Below are positions 48,917 to 57,129 of a DNA stretch of 64,000 nucleotides, one piece after another. The position numbers and the translations under genes were made by a program. Each line of letters begins with the position of its first letter. The stretch's first letter is position 1. The DNA lies in sequence record MZ956761.1. The stretch is one strand, 5' to 3'. The notes under the pieces are model-generated. The model did no database searches, was not told the DNA's origin, and saw only the letters and a list, made by a program, of their open reading frames with translations. Origin of the DNA: a phage.

Positions 48917-48946
48917 GTTTACTTTCTCCTAGAATTGTGATAGTAT
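48917..48946 (+). promoter_or_regulatory. T4-type early promoter
   Basis: GTTTAC-N18-TGaTAGTAT upstream of the internal-protein gene. Confidence 0.45.
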
Positions 48947-48983
48947 ATTCACAGTTACTAATTAAAATATTTAAAGGAAACAC

Positions 48984-49301
48984 ATGAAAACGTATAAAGA
49001 ATTTATTGCAGAATCTGCTGCAGGACAACGTGTAGAAGGCGGTTATATCTGGATTGAACAAGTTGAGCCGCCGAGTCGCACTTCTACGGGTAAATGGAAA
49101 ATCACTGTTGATGGTCCTGGTGGTAAACGTAGGACTCTTAAAGAAATTAACGGGTACTATGAAGAAGCTCTTTCTGACGCGGGTACTTATATGATGCAAA
49201 TCATGATTAAAAACCCAGAAAATCGTTTTGCGGCTAGAGTTTTCCGCCGTATTGGAAATAAGCTTTATGATGCATATTCTAAAAACTTTCCTAAAGAATA
49301 A
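48984..49301 (+). CDS. internal head protein (IPII/IPIII-type)
   Basis: 105 aa; N-terminal MKTYKEFIAE capsid-targeting tag. Confidence 0.7.
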   Translation: MKTYKEFIAESAAGQRVEGGYIWIEQVEPPSRTSTGKWKITVDGPGGKRRTLKEINGYYEEALSDAGTYMMQIMIKNPENRFAARVFRRIGNKLYDAYSKNFPKE

Positions 49302-49317
49302 AAATTAAAGGATACAC

Positions 49318-49791
49318 ATGAAAACATATCAAGAATTTATTACTGAAGCAGCTATTAATTCTCAAATTATTGCTGAATCTTTTACTGATCTTTTGAAATT
49401 TAAAAAAGGTCAAAAAATCACTGCTGTATTGGATGATGGTACAGAAGTTGAGATGGATGTACAGGGATATAATTATGCAGTAGATGGAAAACTGTATAAT
49501 AAATCTCATGCTAAATTTGATTCATTTGACGACTTTGTTAATACAGTTGAAGATGAAAAAACTCGTAGATCCATTGCAACTGGTGATGCTAAGGTTCTTA
49601 TGGCACATGGTCATGAACGCATTCGCGCTAAACAGAATAAAATGGGTGAAGATAATTTTGCATTAGTTGGTTATCAATCTGGTAAACAAACTTATGGCTA
49701 TCAGCGTACTGCTACCATGTATAACAAAAATGGTAAAATCGCTTTCGTGAATAGCAAAGGCTCTATTCAGTACGTCAAATCATTCAAATAA
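49318..49791 (+). CDS. internal head protein (IPII/IPIII-type)
   Basis: 157 aa; N-terminal MKTYQEFITE capsid-targeting tag. Confidence 0.7.
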   Translation: MKTYQEFITEAAINSQIIAESFTDLLKFKKGQKITAVLDDGTEVEMDVQGYNYAVDGKLYNKSHAKFDSFDDFVNTVEDEKTRRSIATGDAKVLMAHGHERIRAKQNKMGEDNFALVGYQSGKQTYGYQRTATMYNKNGKIAFVNSKGSIQYVKSFK

Positions 49792-49944
49792 GCAAATAAG
49801 AAATATGGGAACAAGCTGGACCTCATGATTCTATGAGGGATTCCCGCCAACCTGTAATAAGGTCGAGCCCAAGCGCGGTAATGGGTAAATACAGAAATGG
49901 ACAATTCATGCGCCATGGAATGGCCCAAATTTAGAGAGAATAAA

Positions 49945-50484
49945 ATGAGAACATTTTTAACTGGTCCTTATCTATCCCTGATGAATGCTTTTACACACCA
50001 TTCTGATGCTAGAGTAGAAGAAATTTGTAAAAACGAATATATCCCGCCATTTGAAGACTTACTCAAACAGTACTGCACACTTCGCATAGATGGTGGACGT
50101 CAATCCGGCAAATCAATTGCTGTGACTAACTTTGCTGCTAATTGGCTGTATGATGGCGGAACAGTTATTGTTCTTTCTAATACTTCAGCTTACGCTAAAA
50201 TTTCTGCAAATAACATCAAAAAGGAATTTTCGCGTTATTCTAATGATGATATACGTTTTCGTTTATTTACTGATTCTGTGCGCAGTTTTATTGGTAATAA
50301 AGGAAGCAAGTTCAGAGGTTTATCGCTTTCGCGAATTTTGTATATAATTGATGAGCCTGTCAAATCTCCTGATATGGATAAGATTTATAGTGTCCATATT
50401 GACACTGTACACTACTGCTGTAATAGTAAATGTTGCATTGGTGGTATTACTCGTCCGCAGTTTTTCGTAATCGGAATGCAATGA
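49945..50484 (+). CDS. small P-loop NTPase-like protein
   Basis: 179 aa from ATG with GAGAG SD; Walker A-like GGRQSGKS and Walker B-like ILYIIDEP. Confidence 0.5.
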   Translation: MRTFLTGPYLSLMNAFTHHSDARVEEICKNEYIPPFEDLLKQYCTLRIDGGRQSGKSIAVTNFAANWLYDGGTVIVLSNTSAYAKISANNIKKEFSRYSNDDIRFRLFTDSVRSFIGNKGSKFRGLSLSRILYIIDEPVKSPDMDKIYSVHIDTVHYCCNSKCCIGGITRPQFFVIGMQ

Positions 50485-50810
50485 TGACAGATACACAGCT
50501 TTTCGAATATCTCTATTTTTCGCCAAAAACTATTAAAAATAAATTGGTAAATCATTTTGAAATTTTGGCAAATAACAACATTTTGAGCGAATTTTATCCC
50601 AAGCAATACAAATTACAAAAAGGTGTATTCAAAGGATGCAGAGTTTTGTGCACTGCTCCTAATGCACGGCTAATGAATAAAATTCCATATTTTACCATGG
50701 AATTTATTGATGGACCTTTTAAAGGATTAATTACGCAAAGTTTAATGGCATATGATTCTGAGCCGTTTTTAATTAAAGAACAATCTTGGATAAATTTATT
50801 TTCTAATTGA
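50481..50810 (+). CDS. hypothetical protein coupled to the P-loop ORF
   Basis: About 110 aa; ATGA start/stop overlap. Confidence 0.45.
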   Translation: MMTDTQLFEYLYFSPKTIKNKLVNHFEILANNNILSEFYPKQYKLQKGVFKGCRVLCTAPNARLMNKIPYFTMEFIDGPFKGLITQSLMAYDSEPFLIKEQSWINLFSN

Positions 50811-50817
50811 GGTTTAT

Positions 50818-51180
50818 ATGAAAGCATATCAAATTCTTGAAGGCACACATAAAGGTACTATTTATTTTGAAGATGGTATTCAGGCACGAATTATTGTCTC
50901 TAAAACCTTTAAAGAGGACTCTTTTGTAGACCCAGAAATTTTCTATGGTTTGCACGCCCGTGAAATTGAAATTGAAACACAACCTACAGTTAAAATTGAA
51001 GGTGGTCAGCACCTGAACGTTAACGTTCTGCGTCGTGAAACTTTGGAAGATGCAGTTAAGCATCCGGAAAAATATCCGCAGCTGACCATCCGTGTATCCG
51101 GTTATGCAGTTCGCTTTAACTCTCTGACTCCGGAACAGCAGCGCGACGTTATCGCTCGTACCTTTACTGAGAGTCTGTAA
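50818..51180 (+). CDS. autonomous glycyl-radical cofactor (GrcA/YfiD-like; T4 Y06I type)
   Basis: 120 aa; C-terminus [29 protein letters not shown] carries the glycyl-radical motif and matches E. coli GrcA as recalled. Confidence 0.85.
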   Translation: MKAYQILEGTHKGTIYFEDGIQARIIVSKTFKEDSFVDPEIFYGLHAREIEIETQPTVKIEGGQHLNVNVLRRETLEDAVKHPEKYPQLTIRVSGYAVRFNSLTPEQQRDVIARTFTESL

Positions 51181-51401
51181 TGGCAAAGATAATTATTGAA
51201 GGTTCTAAAGATGTGCTAAATGCTTTCGCAGAATGGTTTAGTAATTCAGGCGAACAGCAATTTAATGAAGCGTGGAATATGGGTGATATTAGTGGAATTT
51301 ATCCTACGACAGAAATTTCTGTTCAGGGATATGGCATTCATGAACCTATTCGTTTAGTTGAATATGATTTATGTACTGGTGAGGAAGTCAAATATGATTG
51401 A
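51180..51401 (+). CDS. hypothetical small protein (vs.5 position)
   Basis: 73-aa ORF, start overlaps previous stop. Confidence 0.5.
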   Translation: MAKIIIEGSKDVLNAFAEWFSNSGEQQFNEAWNMGDISGIYPTTEISVQGYGIHEPIRLVEYDLCTGEEVKYD

Positions 51402-51660
51402 AGATATTAAAGGTTATAAGCCACATACTGAAGAGAAAATCGGTAAAGTAAATGCTATTAAAGACGCTGAAGTTCGTTTAGGACTTATCTTTGATGCTTT
51501 ATACGATGAATTTTGGGAAGCATTTGATAGCTGTGAAGATGATGAACTCGCGAAGAATTATGCCGAAAGCCTCGATCAGTTAACTATTGCTAAAACGAAA
51601 CTCAAAGAAGCCAGTATGTGGGCTTGTCGTGCAGTGTTCCAACCAGAGGAAAAATACTAA
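51394..51660 (+). CDS. hypothetical small protein (vs.4 position; candidate Acb2-type)
   Basis: 88 aa from Met of MIEDIKG with GAGGAAG SD; position corresponds to T4 vs.4 by gene counting. Confidence 0.45.
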   Translation: MIEDIKGYKPHTEEKIGKVNAIKDAEVRLGLIFDALYDEFWEAFDSCEDDELAKNYAESLDQLTIAKTKLKEASMWACRAVFQPEEKY

Positions 51661-51938
51661 TGGCTCAATTAAGTGCAGGGTTTGGTTATGAGTATTATAC
51701 TGCACCTCGTCGTGTATCTGCCGCTCCTAAGAAAATTCAAAGTCTTGATGACTTCCAGGAAGTAGTCCGTAAAGCTTTCCAAGACTATGCACGTTATCTT
51801 AAAGAAGATTCACAGGACTGTCTCGAAGAAGATGAAATTGCTTACTATGAGCAGCGTCTTGAACAGCTTAAAAACTTACATGAGGTTCGTGCAGAAGTTT
51901 CAAAGTCTATGAATAAATTGATTAGATTTAAAGAATAA
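51660..51938 (+). CDS. hypothetical small protein (vs.3 position)
   Basis: 92 aa from Met of [13 protein letters not shown] overlap. Confidence 0.5.
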   Translation: MAQLSAGFGYEYYTAPRRVSAAPKKIQSLDDFQEVVRKAFQDYARYLKEDSQDCLEEDEIAYYEQRLEQLKNLHEVRAEVSKSMNKLIRFKE

Positions 51939-51940
51939 CT

Positions 51941-51989
51941 GTTTACTTTTCCTCTTGACTGTGGTATAATTTTTCTATCAGTTAAGAGG
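51941..51989 (+). promoter_or_regulatory. T4-type early promoter with flanking inverted repeat
   Basis: GTTTAC-N18-TGgTATAAT; CCTCTTGAC/GTTAAGAGG arms around the -10. Confidence 0.55.
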
Positions 51990-51997
51990 AGAATAAC

Positions 51998-52459
51998 ATG
52001 ACTATCAATACAGAAGTTTTTATCCGTCGAAATAAGCTTCGTCGTCACTTTGAGTCGGAGTTTCGTCAAATTAACAATGAGATTCGTGAGGCATCAAAAG
52101 CAGCAGGGGTCTCATCGTTTCATCTAAAATATTCTCAGCATCTTCTTGATCGCGCAATTCAACGGGAGATTGATGAGACATATGTTTTTGAATTATTCCA
52201 TAAAATAAAAGACCATGTTTTAGAAGTTAATGAATTCCTGAGTATGCCTCCGCGTCCTGACATTGACGAGGATTTTATTGATGGGGTTGAATATCGTCCT
52301 GGACGTTTAGAAATCACAGATGGAAATCTTTGGCTTGGATTTACAGTTTGTAAACCTAATGCGAAGTTCAAAGACCCGTCACTTCAATGTAGGATGGCAA
52401 TTATCAACAGTCGTCGTTTACCAGGAAAGGCTTCTAAAGCAGTAATTAAAACTCAATGA
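51998..52459 (+). CDS. regB: RegB endoribonuclease
   Basis: 153 aa, same length as T4 RegB; own early promoter; position between the vs cluster and vs.1. Confidence 0.7.
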   Translation: MTINTEVFIRRNKLRRHFESEFRQINNEIREASKAAGVSSFHLKYSQHLLDRAIQREIDETYVFELFHKIKDHVLEVNEFLSMPPRPDIDEDFIDGVEYRPGRLEITDGNLWLGFTVCKPNAKFKDPSLQCRMAIINSRRLPGKASKAVIKTQ

Positions 52460-52466
52460 GGTAAGC

Positions 52467-53012
52467 ATGAGAAAAGCACTACTCGCTGGTCTATTGGCCA
52501 TTTCAATGATGGCACATAGCTCCGAGCATACTTTCAGTAATGTCCAACTCGATAACATGCGTTACGCGTATCAATTCGGGGAACAATTTTCTAAGGATGG
52601 AAAATATAAAACACACAAAAATATCCACAAGAGCGGATTAGGTCATATAATGGCAGCCATTTTATGGCAAGAAAGCTCTGGCGGAGTTAATTTAAAATCT
52701 AAACCAAAGCATCACGCCTACGGAATGTTCCAAAATTATTTGCCTACTATGCGAGCAAGAGTTAAGGAACTTGGTTATAATATGACCGATGCTGAAATAA
52801 AAAGAATGTTGAATAAACGATCCAATTCAGCTTCCTGGGCGTACATTGAACTTTATTATTGGTTAAATATACATAAGGGCGATATAAGAAAGGCGATATC
52901 CTCTTATAATTCGGGATGGAATGTTAAAGCAGGTTCTAAATATGCTTCTGAAGTCCTAGAAAAGGCTAATTACCTTAAAAATAATAAACTTTTGGAAATA
53001 GTAAATGACTAA
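52467..53012 (+). CDS. secreted lytic transglycosylase-like protein (SLT domain)
   Basis: 181 aa; signal peptide; SLT motifs ILWQESSGG and YGMFQ. Confidence 0.55.
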   Translation: MRKALLAGLLAISMMAHSSEHTFSNVQLDNMRYAYQFGEQFSKDGKYKTHKNIHKSGLGHIMAAILWQESSGGVNLKSKPKHHAYGMFQNYLPTMRARVKELGYNMTDAEIKRMLNKRSNSASWAYIELYYWLNIHKGDIRKAISSYNSGWNVKAGSKYASEVLEKANYLKNNKLLEIVND

Positions 53013-53352
53013 AATTTTGGTTTTATGTATAGGATTAATTTCATTTTCTGCTTCTGCGTCAGCAGATACATCATATACTGAAATTAGAGAATATGTAAAC
53101 CGCACTGCGGCAGATTATTGTGGGAAAAATAAAGCATGCCAAGCTGAATTTGCACAGAAATTAATATATGCATATAAAGACGGAGAAAGAGATAAATCAA
53201 GCAGATACAAAAACGATACATTATTAAAACGATATGCTAAAAAGTGGAATACATTAGAATGTTCAGTTGCGGAGGAGAAAGATAAAGCCGCTTGTCATTC
53301 AATGGTTGACCGTTTGGTAGATTCTTATAATCGAGGATTGAGTACTAGATGA
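53005..53352 (+). CDS. small secreted Cys-containing protein
   Basis: 115 aa; Sec-type signal peptide MTKILVLCIGLISFSASASA; four Cys. Confidence 0.5.
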   Translation: MTKILVLCIGLISFSASASADTSYTEIREYVNRTAADYCGKNKACQAEFAQKLIYAYKDGERDKSSRYKNDTLLKRYAKKWNTLECSVAEEKDKAACHSMVDRLVDSYNRGLSTR

Positions 53353-53816
53353 TTGTAAAATATATCAAGGGCGATATTGTCGCCCTTTTCGCTGAAGGTA
53401 AAAATATTGCGCATGGATGCAATTGTTTTCATACTATGGGTTCAGGCGTAGCGGGTCAATTAACCAAAGCTTTCCCTAAAATTTTGGAAGCTGATAAATT
53501 ACAGACTGAATGGGGTGATGTGACTAAACTTGGTTCTTATTCAGTCTATGAAAAATACTTTAGGACTCATAAAGCGTATTGCTTCAACCTTTATACTCAA
53601 TTTCAGCCAGGGCCAAATTTTGAGTATTCCGCTTTAATGAATTGTATGTTAGAATTAAATGAGTTTGGTGAAAATAAACTAATTAAACCTACAATCTATA
53701 TGCCTAGGATTGGTGCAGGCATAGGTAAAGGGAACTGGGATATTATTGAGGGGATTTTAGATGCATATTCCTCTAAATTAGAAATTGTGATTGTTGATTG
53801 GGAACCATTATTATGA
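53349..53816 (+). CDS. macrodomain-like protein (ADP-ribose binding/processing)
   Basis: 155 aa; N-terminal IKGDIV...IAHGCNCFHTMGSGVAGQL matches the macrodomain ligand-binding pattern. Confidence 0.55.
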   Translation: MIVKYIKGDIVALFAEGKNIAHGCNCFHTMGSGVAGQLTKAFPKILEADKLQTEWGDVTKLGSYSVYEKYFRTHKAYCFNLYTQFQPGPNFEYSALMNCMLELNEFGENKLIKPTIYMPRIGAGIGKGNWDIIEGILDAYSSKLEIVIVDWEPLL

Positions 53817-54025
53817 ATATACATTATCCACATCCGTTTGATCCTAAAAACAAAGCAGTAATTATTCGTCAATGGGAACGCATTTGCCGTACTAAATGTC
53901 CAATTAATAGTCAACATGATGTAAATAAAGACTATATTGGAACATTCGTTGAATATACCTTTATTGATAAGAAAGGTCGTAAACAGCATGTAGAAGAATA
54001 TTGCTTAAAGGTTACATGGTTATGA
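53813..54025 (+). CDS. hypothetical small protein
   Basis: 70 aa; ATGA overlap with previous gene. Confidence 0.45.
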   Translation: MNIHYPHPFDPKNKAVIIRQWERICRTKCPINSQHDVNKDYIGTFVEYTFIDKKGRKQHVEEYCLKVTWL

Positions 54026-54228
54026 GCCAAACTAGTATTCTTAAAAATGCCCATTGTGAAAAGTGTAAATGGCCTGTTGTTTTTGCTTTATGTAATGATG
54101 AAATGGCTTGTGATTTCGATTATTGGTGCTATTGTTCTAATAAAGGATGCATCAATCATAAAGGTGAAGGATTTTATTCGGGATTTTATCCTTATCCTGA
54201 TTTCGTTAAAGAAGGTAAACCAAAATGA
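54016..54228 (+). CDS. small Cys-rich (zinc-ribbon-like) protein
   Basis: About 70 aa with CEKC...C...C...CYC...C; start Met at 54016 or 54022. Confidence 0.45.
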   Translation: MVMSQTSILKNAHCEKCKWPVVFALCNDEMACDFDYWCYCSNKGCINHKGEGFYSGFYPYPDFVKEGKPK

Positions 54229-54401
54229 ATGATGATTTAAAATATCAATTATTACGTGAACTTGATGTTTTGATTGAACTTTCTGCACAAAAAGGATTTA
54301 TAATTGGATCGGGTCAAAAAGACCCTAACGGTCATTCAATCGTAGCGGTTATGAATCAGAAACGAGTCATTTTAAAACTTTTGGGGATTGACATACTGTG
54401 A
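54225..54401 (+). CDS. hypothetical small protein
   Basis: 58-aa ORF below track cutoff; ATGA overlap upstream and GTGA overlap downstream. Confidence 0.4.
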   Translation: MNDDLKYQLLRELDVLIELSAQKGFIIGSGQKDPNGHSIVAVMNQKRVILKLLGIDIL

Positions 54402-54583
54402 GTCTAAGCAAAGAACAAAAAGATAAATTGTTTGAGCTTATCCATGAACTTCTAGATGAGCATACAGAAGCAAACACCTTTTATGATGAATACGGCCCGC
54501 TATCTCCCGAACAGCAGGAAGAATTTGCTGATCGGTTTGATAAGAAAGAAAATGAATTAATAGCTTATGTGAATACGCTTTAA
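54398..54583 (+). CDS. small acidic helical protein
   Basis: 61 aa, GTG start; resembles the small paralog family at 56402-57315. Confidence 0.45.
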   Translation: MSLSKEQKDKLFELIHELLDEHTEANTFYDEYGPLSPEQQEEFADRFDKKENELIAYVNTL

Positions 54584-54592
54584 GAAGGTGAT

Positions 54593-55174
54593 ATGGCGAG
54601 TTTAATTTTTACTTATGCAGCAATGAATGCTGGAAAATCTGCTTCTCTTTTGACTGCTGCACATAATTATAAAGAACGTGGAATGAGTGTATTAGTTCTT
54701 AAGCCTGCTATTGATACTCGCGATTCTGTCTGTGAAGTCGTTTCTCGCATTGGAATTAAGCAGGAAGCGAATATTATTACAGATGATATGGATATTTTCG
54801 AGTTCTATAAATGGGCTGAAGCACAAAAAGATATTCATTGCGTATTTGTAGATGAAGCTCAGTTTTTAAAAACTGAACAGGTGCATCAATTGAGCCGAAT
54901 TGTTGATACATATAATGTTCCTGTTATGGCTTATGGGCTAAGGACTGATTTCGCTGGAAAATTATTTGAAGGTTCTAAAGAACTTTTAGCGATTGCAGAT
55001 AAACTTATTGAACTAAAGGCAGTTTGTCATTGTGGTAAAAAAGCGATTATGACAGCTCGATTAATGGAAGATGGAACACCAGTTAAAGAAGGTAATCAAA
55101 TCTGTATTGGTGATGAAATTTATGTTTCTTTGTGTAGAAAACATTGGAATGAATTAACTAAAAAGCTCGGTTAG
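54593..55174 (+). CDS. tk: thymidine kinase
   Basis: 193 aa; P-loop YAAMNAGKS and C-terminal Cys zinc site. Confidence 0.9.
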   Translation: MASLIFTYAAMNAGKSASLLTAAHNYKERGMSVLVLKPAIDTRDSVCEVVSRIGIKQEANIITDDMDIFEFYKWAEAQKDIHCVFVDEAQFLKTEQVHQLSRIVDTYNVPVMAYGLRTDFAGKLFEGSKELLAIADKLIELKAVCHCGKKAIMTARLMEDGTPVKEGNQICIGDEIYVSLCRKHWNELTKKLG

Positions 55175-55216
55175 TGCAAAAGTTATAAATAGGTTTATCT
55201 AACTAAAGGGGTATAT

Positions 55217-55429
55217 ATGCTACAATTAACTGAAAAGCAACTTCGCAATCTTACTGTGCTTCAATTAGATGAAATTCGTAGGGAAGTTGGAAATATCATT
55301 TCAGCTTTGCGTCGAGAAGTATCACTCAACCAATCTCCGGCAGACTATACTAGATTGCGAAATTTTGAAAAATACCTTGATAAAGTTAAGGCCGTGCATC
55401 GGCATAAAGTAAATACAGGACAAAAATGA
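55217..55429 (+). CDS. hypothetical protein (position of T4 rI.1)
   Basis: 70-aa ORF between tk and rI. Confidence 0.5.
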
Positions 55430-55441
55430 TAGGAGGCCTTT

Positions 55442-55735
55442 ATGGCCTTAAAAGCAACGGCACTATTTGCCATGCTAGGATTGTCATTTGTTTTATCTCC
55501 ACCGATTGAAGCGAATGTCGATCCTCATTTTGATAAATTTATGGAATCTGGTATTAGGCACGTTTATATGCTTTTTGAAAATAAAAGCGTAGAATCGTCT
55601 GAACAATTCTATAGTTTTATGAGAACGACCTATAAAAATGACCCGTGCTCTTCTGATTTTGAATGTATAGAGCGAGGCGCGGAGATGGCACAATCATACG
55701 CTAGAATTATGAACATTAAATTGGAGACTGAATGA
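55442..55735 (+). CDS. rI: RI lysis-inhibition regulator (antiholin)
   Basis: 97 aa with N-terminal signal-anchor MALKATALFAMLGLSFVLS; matches T4 RI length and position. Confidence 0.8.
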   Translation: MALKATALFAMLGLSFVLSPPIEANVDPHFDKFMESGIRHVYMLFENKSVESSEQFYSFMRTTYKNDPCSSDFECIERGAEMAQSYARIMNIKLETE

Positions 55736-56118
55736 AATTCAGCGACTTTTCACAAAGTGGAAAACCTTCAAAGGCAGATGAATACTTAGGTTTATTAATG
55801 GCTGCACAAGCTTATTTTCATTCTGCACATTTTGAAACTAAAAGTTATGCTAGACACAAAGCATACGATTTTATTTTCTCTGAGTTACCAGATTTGATTG
55901 ATAAATTTGGTGAGCAATATTTGGGGTATTCTGGTAGAAAATACACACCTTCAATTCCAGATGCCAGTAAACTTCCTACCGACACAATTAAAATGATTGA
56001 TCGCATACTAGACCAATCTAACAGCATTTATAAAGAAATGCCTCCAGCCATCCAAAGCACGATAGATGATATTACTGGAATGTTTTACCAAAGTAAGTAT
56101 CTTCTTTCCCTCGAATAA
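55732..56118 (+). CDS. hypothetical protein (position of T4 rI.-1)
   Basis: 128-aa ORF, ATGA overlap with rI. Confidence 0.5.
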   Translation: MKFSDFSQSGKPSKADEYLGLLMAAQAYFHSAHFETKSYARHKAYDFIFSELPDLIDKFGEQYLGYSGRKYTPSIPDASKLPTDTIKMIDRILDQSNSIYKEMPPAIQSTIDDITGMFYQSKYLLSLE

Positions 56119-56122
56119 CATT

Positions 56123-56146
56123 AGTCTCCTTCGGGAGACTTTTTTC
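56123..56146 (+). terminator. intrinsic terminator
   Basis: AGTCTCC-TTCG-GGAGACT hairpin followed by TTTTT. Confidence 0.6.
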
Positions 56147-56155
56147 ATTTTACCG

Positions 56156-56185
56156 GTTTACTTTCCGTTTGAGCTGTGGTACTAT
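56156..56185 (+). promoter_or_regulatory. T4-type early promoter
   Basis: GTTTAC-N18-TGgTACTAT. Confidence 0.5.
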
Positions 56186-56213
56186 ACAACCATCGGATAA
56201 AGAGGAGAACATC

Positions 56214-56402
56214 ATGAAAATTGAAGCACTTAATCAAGAAGGAAATATCTACGTCATCATTAATGGTGATTTTTTCGTCGACATGGATGAAGTTACTAGT
56301 GAAGAACTTGTAGAACTTCTTAAGAAACGCTATAATATGTGTGATGAAGTTGCAACTCGCATGGCATGTGCAATATTCTCTCTTTCATATGTGGTGGAAT
56401 AA
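56214..56402 (+). CDS. hypothetical small protein
   Basis: 62 aa from ATG with GAGGAG SD (track ORF is 5'-extended). Confidence 0.5.
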   Translation: MKIEALNQEGNIYVIINGDFFVDMDEVTSEELVELLKKRYNMCDEVATRMACAIFSLSYVVE

Positions 56403-56605
56403 TGATTAGTATCGAACAAGCGGATAAAATTAAGGAATTGGTAGCTTTAATTCGTAAAGCAGATGAGGAACTTAGTGACTTTGCTTGGTTTTCATCAGGC
56501 ATTGCAAATAAAGGTATTGAAGAATTTGAAGCTAAAGTTGATAATGCTTTAGAAGCGTTAGATATGTTTCTTGATGAAATTATCGATCATAATACGAGAG
56601 TTTAA
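56402..56605 (+). CDS. small helical protein, paralog family member
   Basis: 67 aa; TAATG overlap. Confidence 0.5.
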   Translation: MISIEQADKIKELVALIRKADEELSDFAWFSSGIANKGIEEFEAKVDNALEALDMFLDEIIDHNTRV

Positions 56606-56607
56606 GT

Positions 56608-56802
56608 ATGCTAACACGTGAACAGTTTGAAAAAATCATTAAATTAGCACGTGATATTGAAATAGATTCATATCAATTAGCAGTTGAGCATTGTGAAGGA
56701 TATTCATACGACGGTATAGAAGCAGCTAAAAGAGATTTGGATAAATCCAAAGCTAAGTTAGTTCAATATCTTGAAATGATTAGGTGGAATAATGAAAACT
56801 GA
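56608..56802 (+). CDS. small helical protein, paralog family member
   Basis: 64 aa. Confidence 0.5.
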   Translation: MLTREQFEKIIKLARDIEIDSYQLAVEHCEGYSYDGIEAAKRDLDKSKAKLVQYLEMIRWNNEN

Positions 56803-56965
56803 AAAGCAGATGTTTTTAATGAAGCTAATTGAAGAATATGCTAATGCAGTTTCTGACTATGAGTATTCTGCTCGGGAAAGAGGTACGGCTTTCGCTAAAG
56901 AAGAATTGAAAATCATGGTTGATGCTCATACAAAGCTTCAGAATTTTATCGAAAATGTCATTTAA
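56792..56965 (+). CDS. small helical protein, paralog family member
   Basis: 57-aa ORF below track cutoff, overlapping previous stop. Confidence 0.4.
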   Translation: MKTEKQMFLMKLIEEYANAVSDYEYSARERGTAFAKEELKIMVDAHTKLQNFIENVI

Positions 56966-56967
56966 TG

Positions 56968-57010
56968 GTTTACAAGTTGACAAGGTTATGGTATAGTAAT
57001 CTTGTCAACT
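56968..57010 (+). promoter_or_regulatory. T4-type early promoter with flanking inverted repeat
   Basis: GTTTAC-N18-TGgTATAGT; AGTTGACAAG/CTTGTCAACT arms around the -10. Confidence 0.5.
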
Positions 57011-57129
57011 GCCAAGGAGAAGAGAATGAAAGTTTTGTTTGTTGTGTATGTGATGATTCAATATAATTACCCAATGTTTACTTATAATTTGGTAAACAAC
57101 ATTATTGATATGATTCAGAGGAGTATGTA

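Noticed and set aside
57026-57129. 34-aa hydrophobic mini-ORF between the promoter at 56968 and the ORF at 57130
   Set aside because: Very short and with unusual composition; plausible leader peptide but not supportable from sequence alone.
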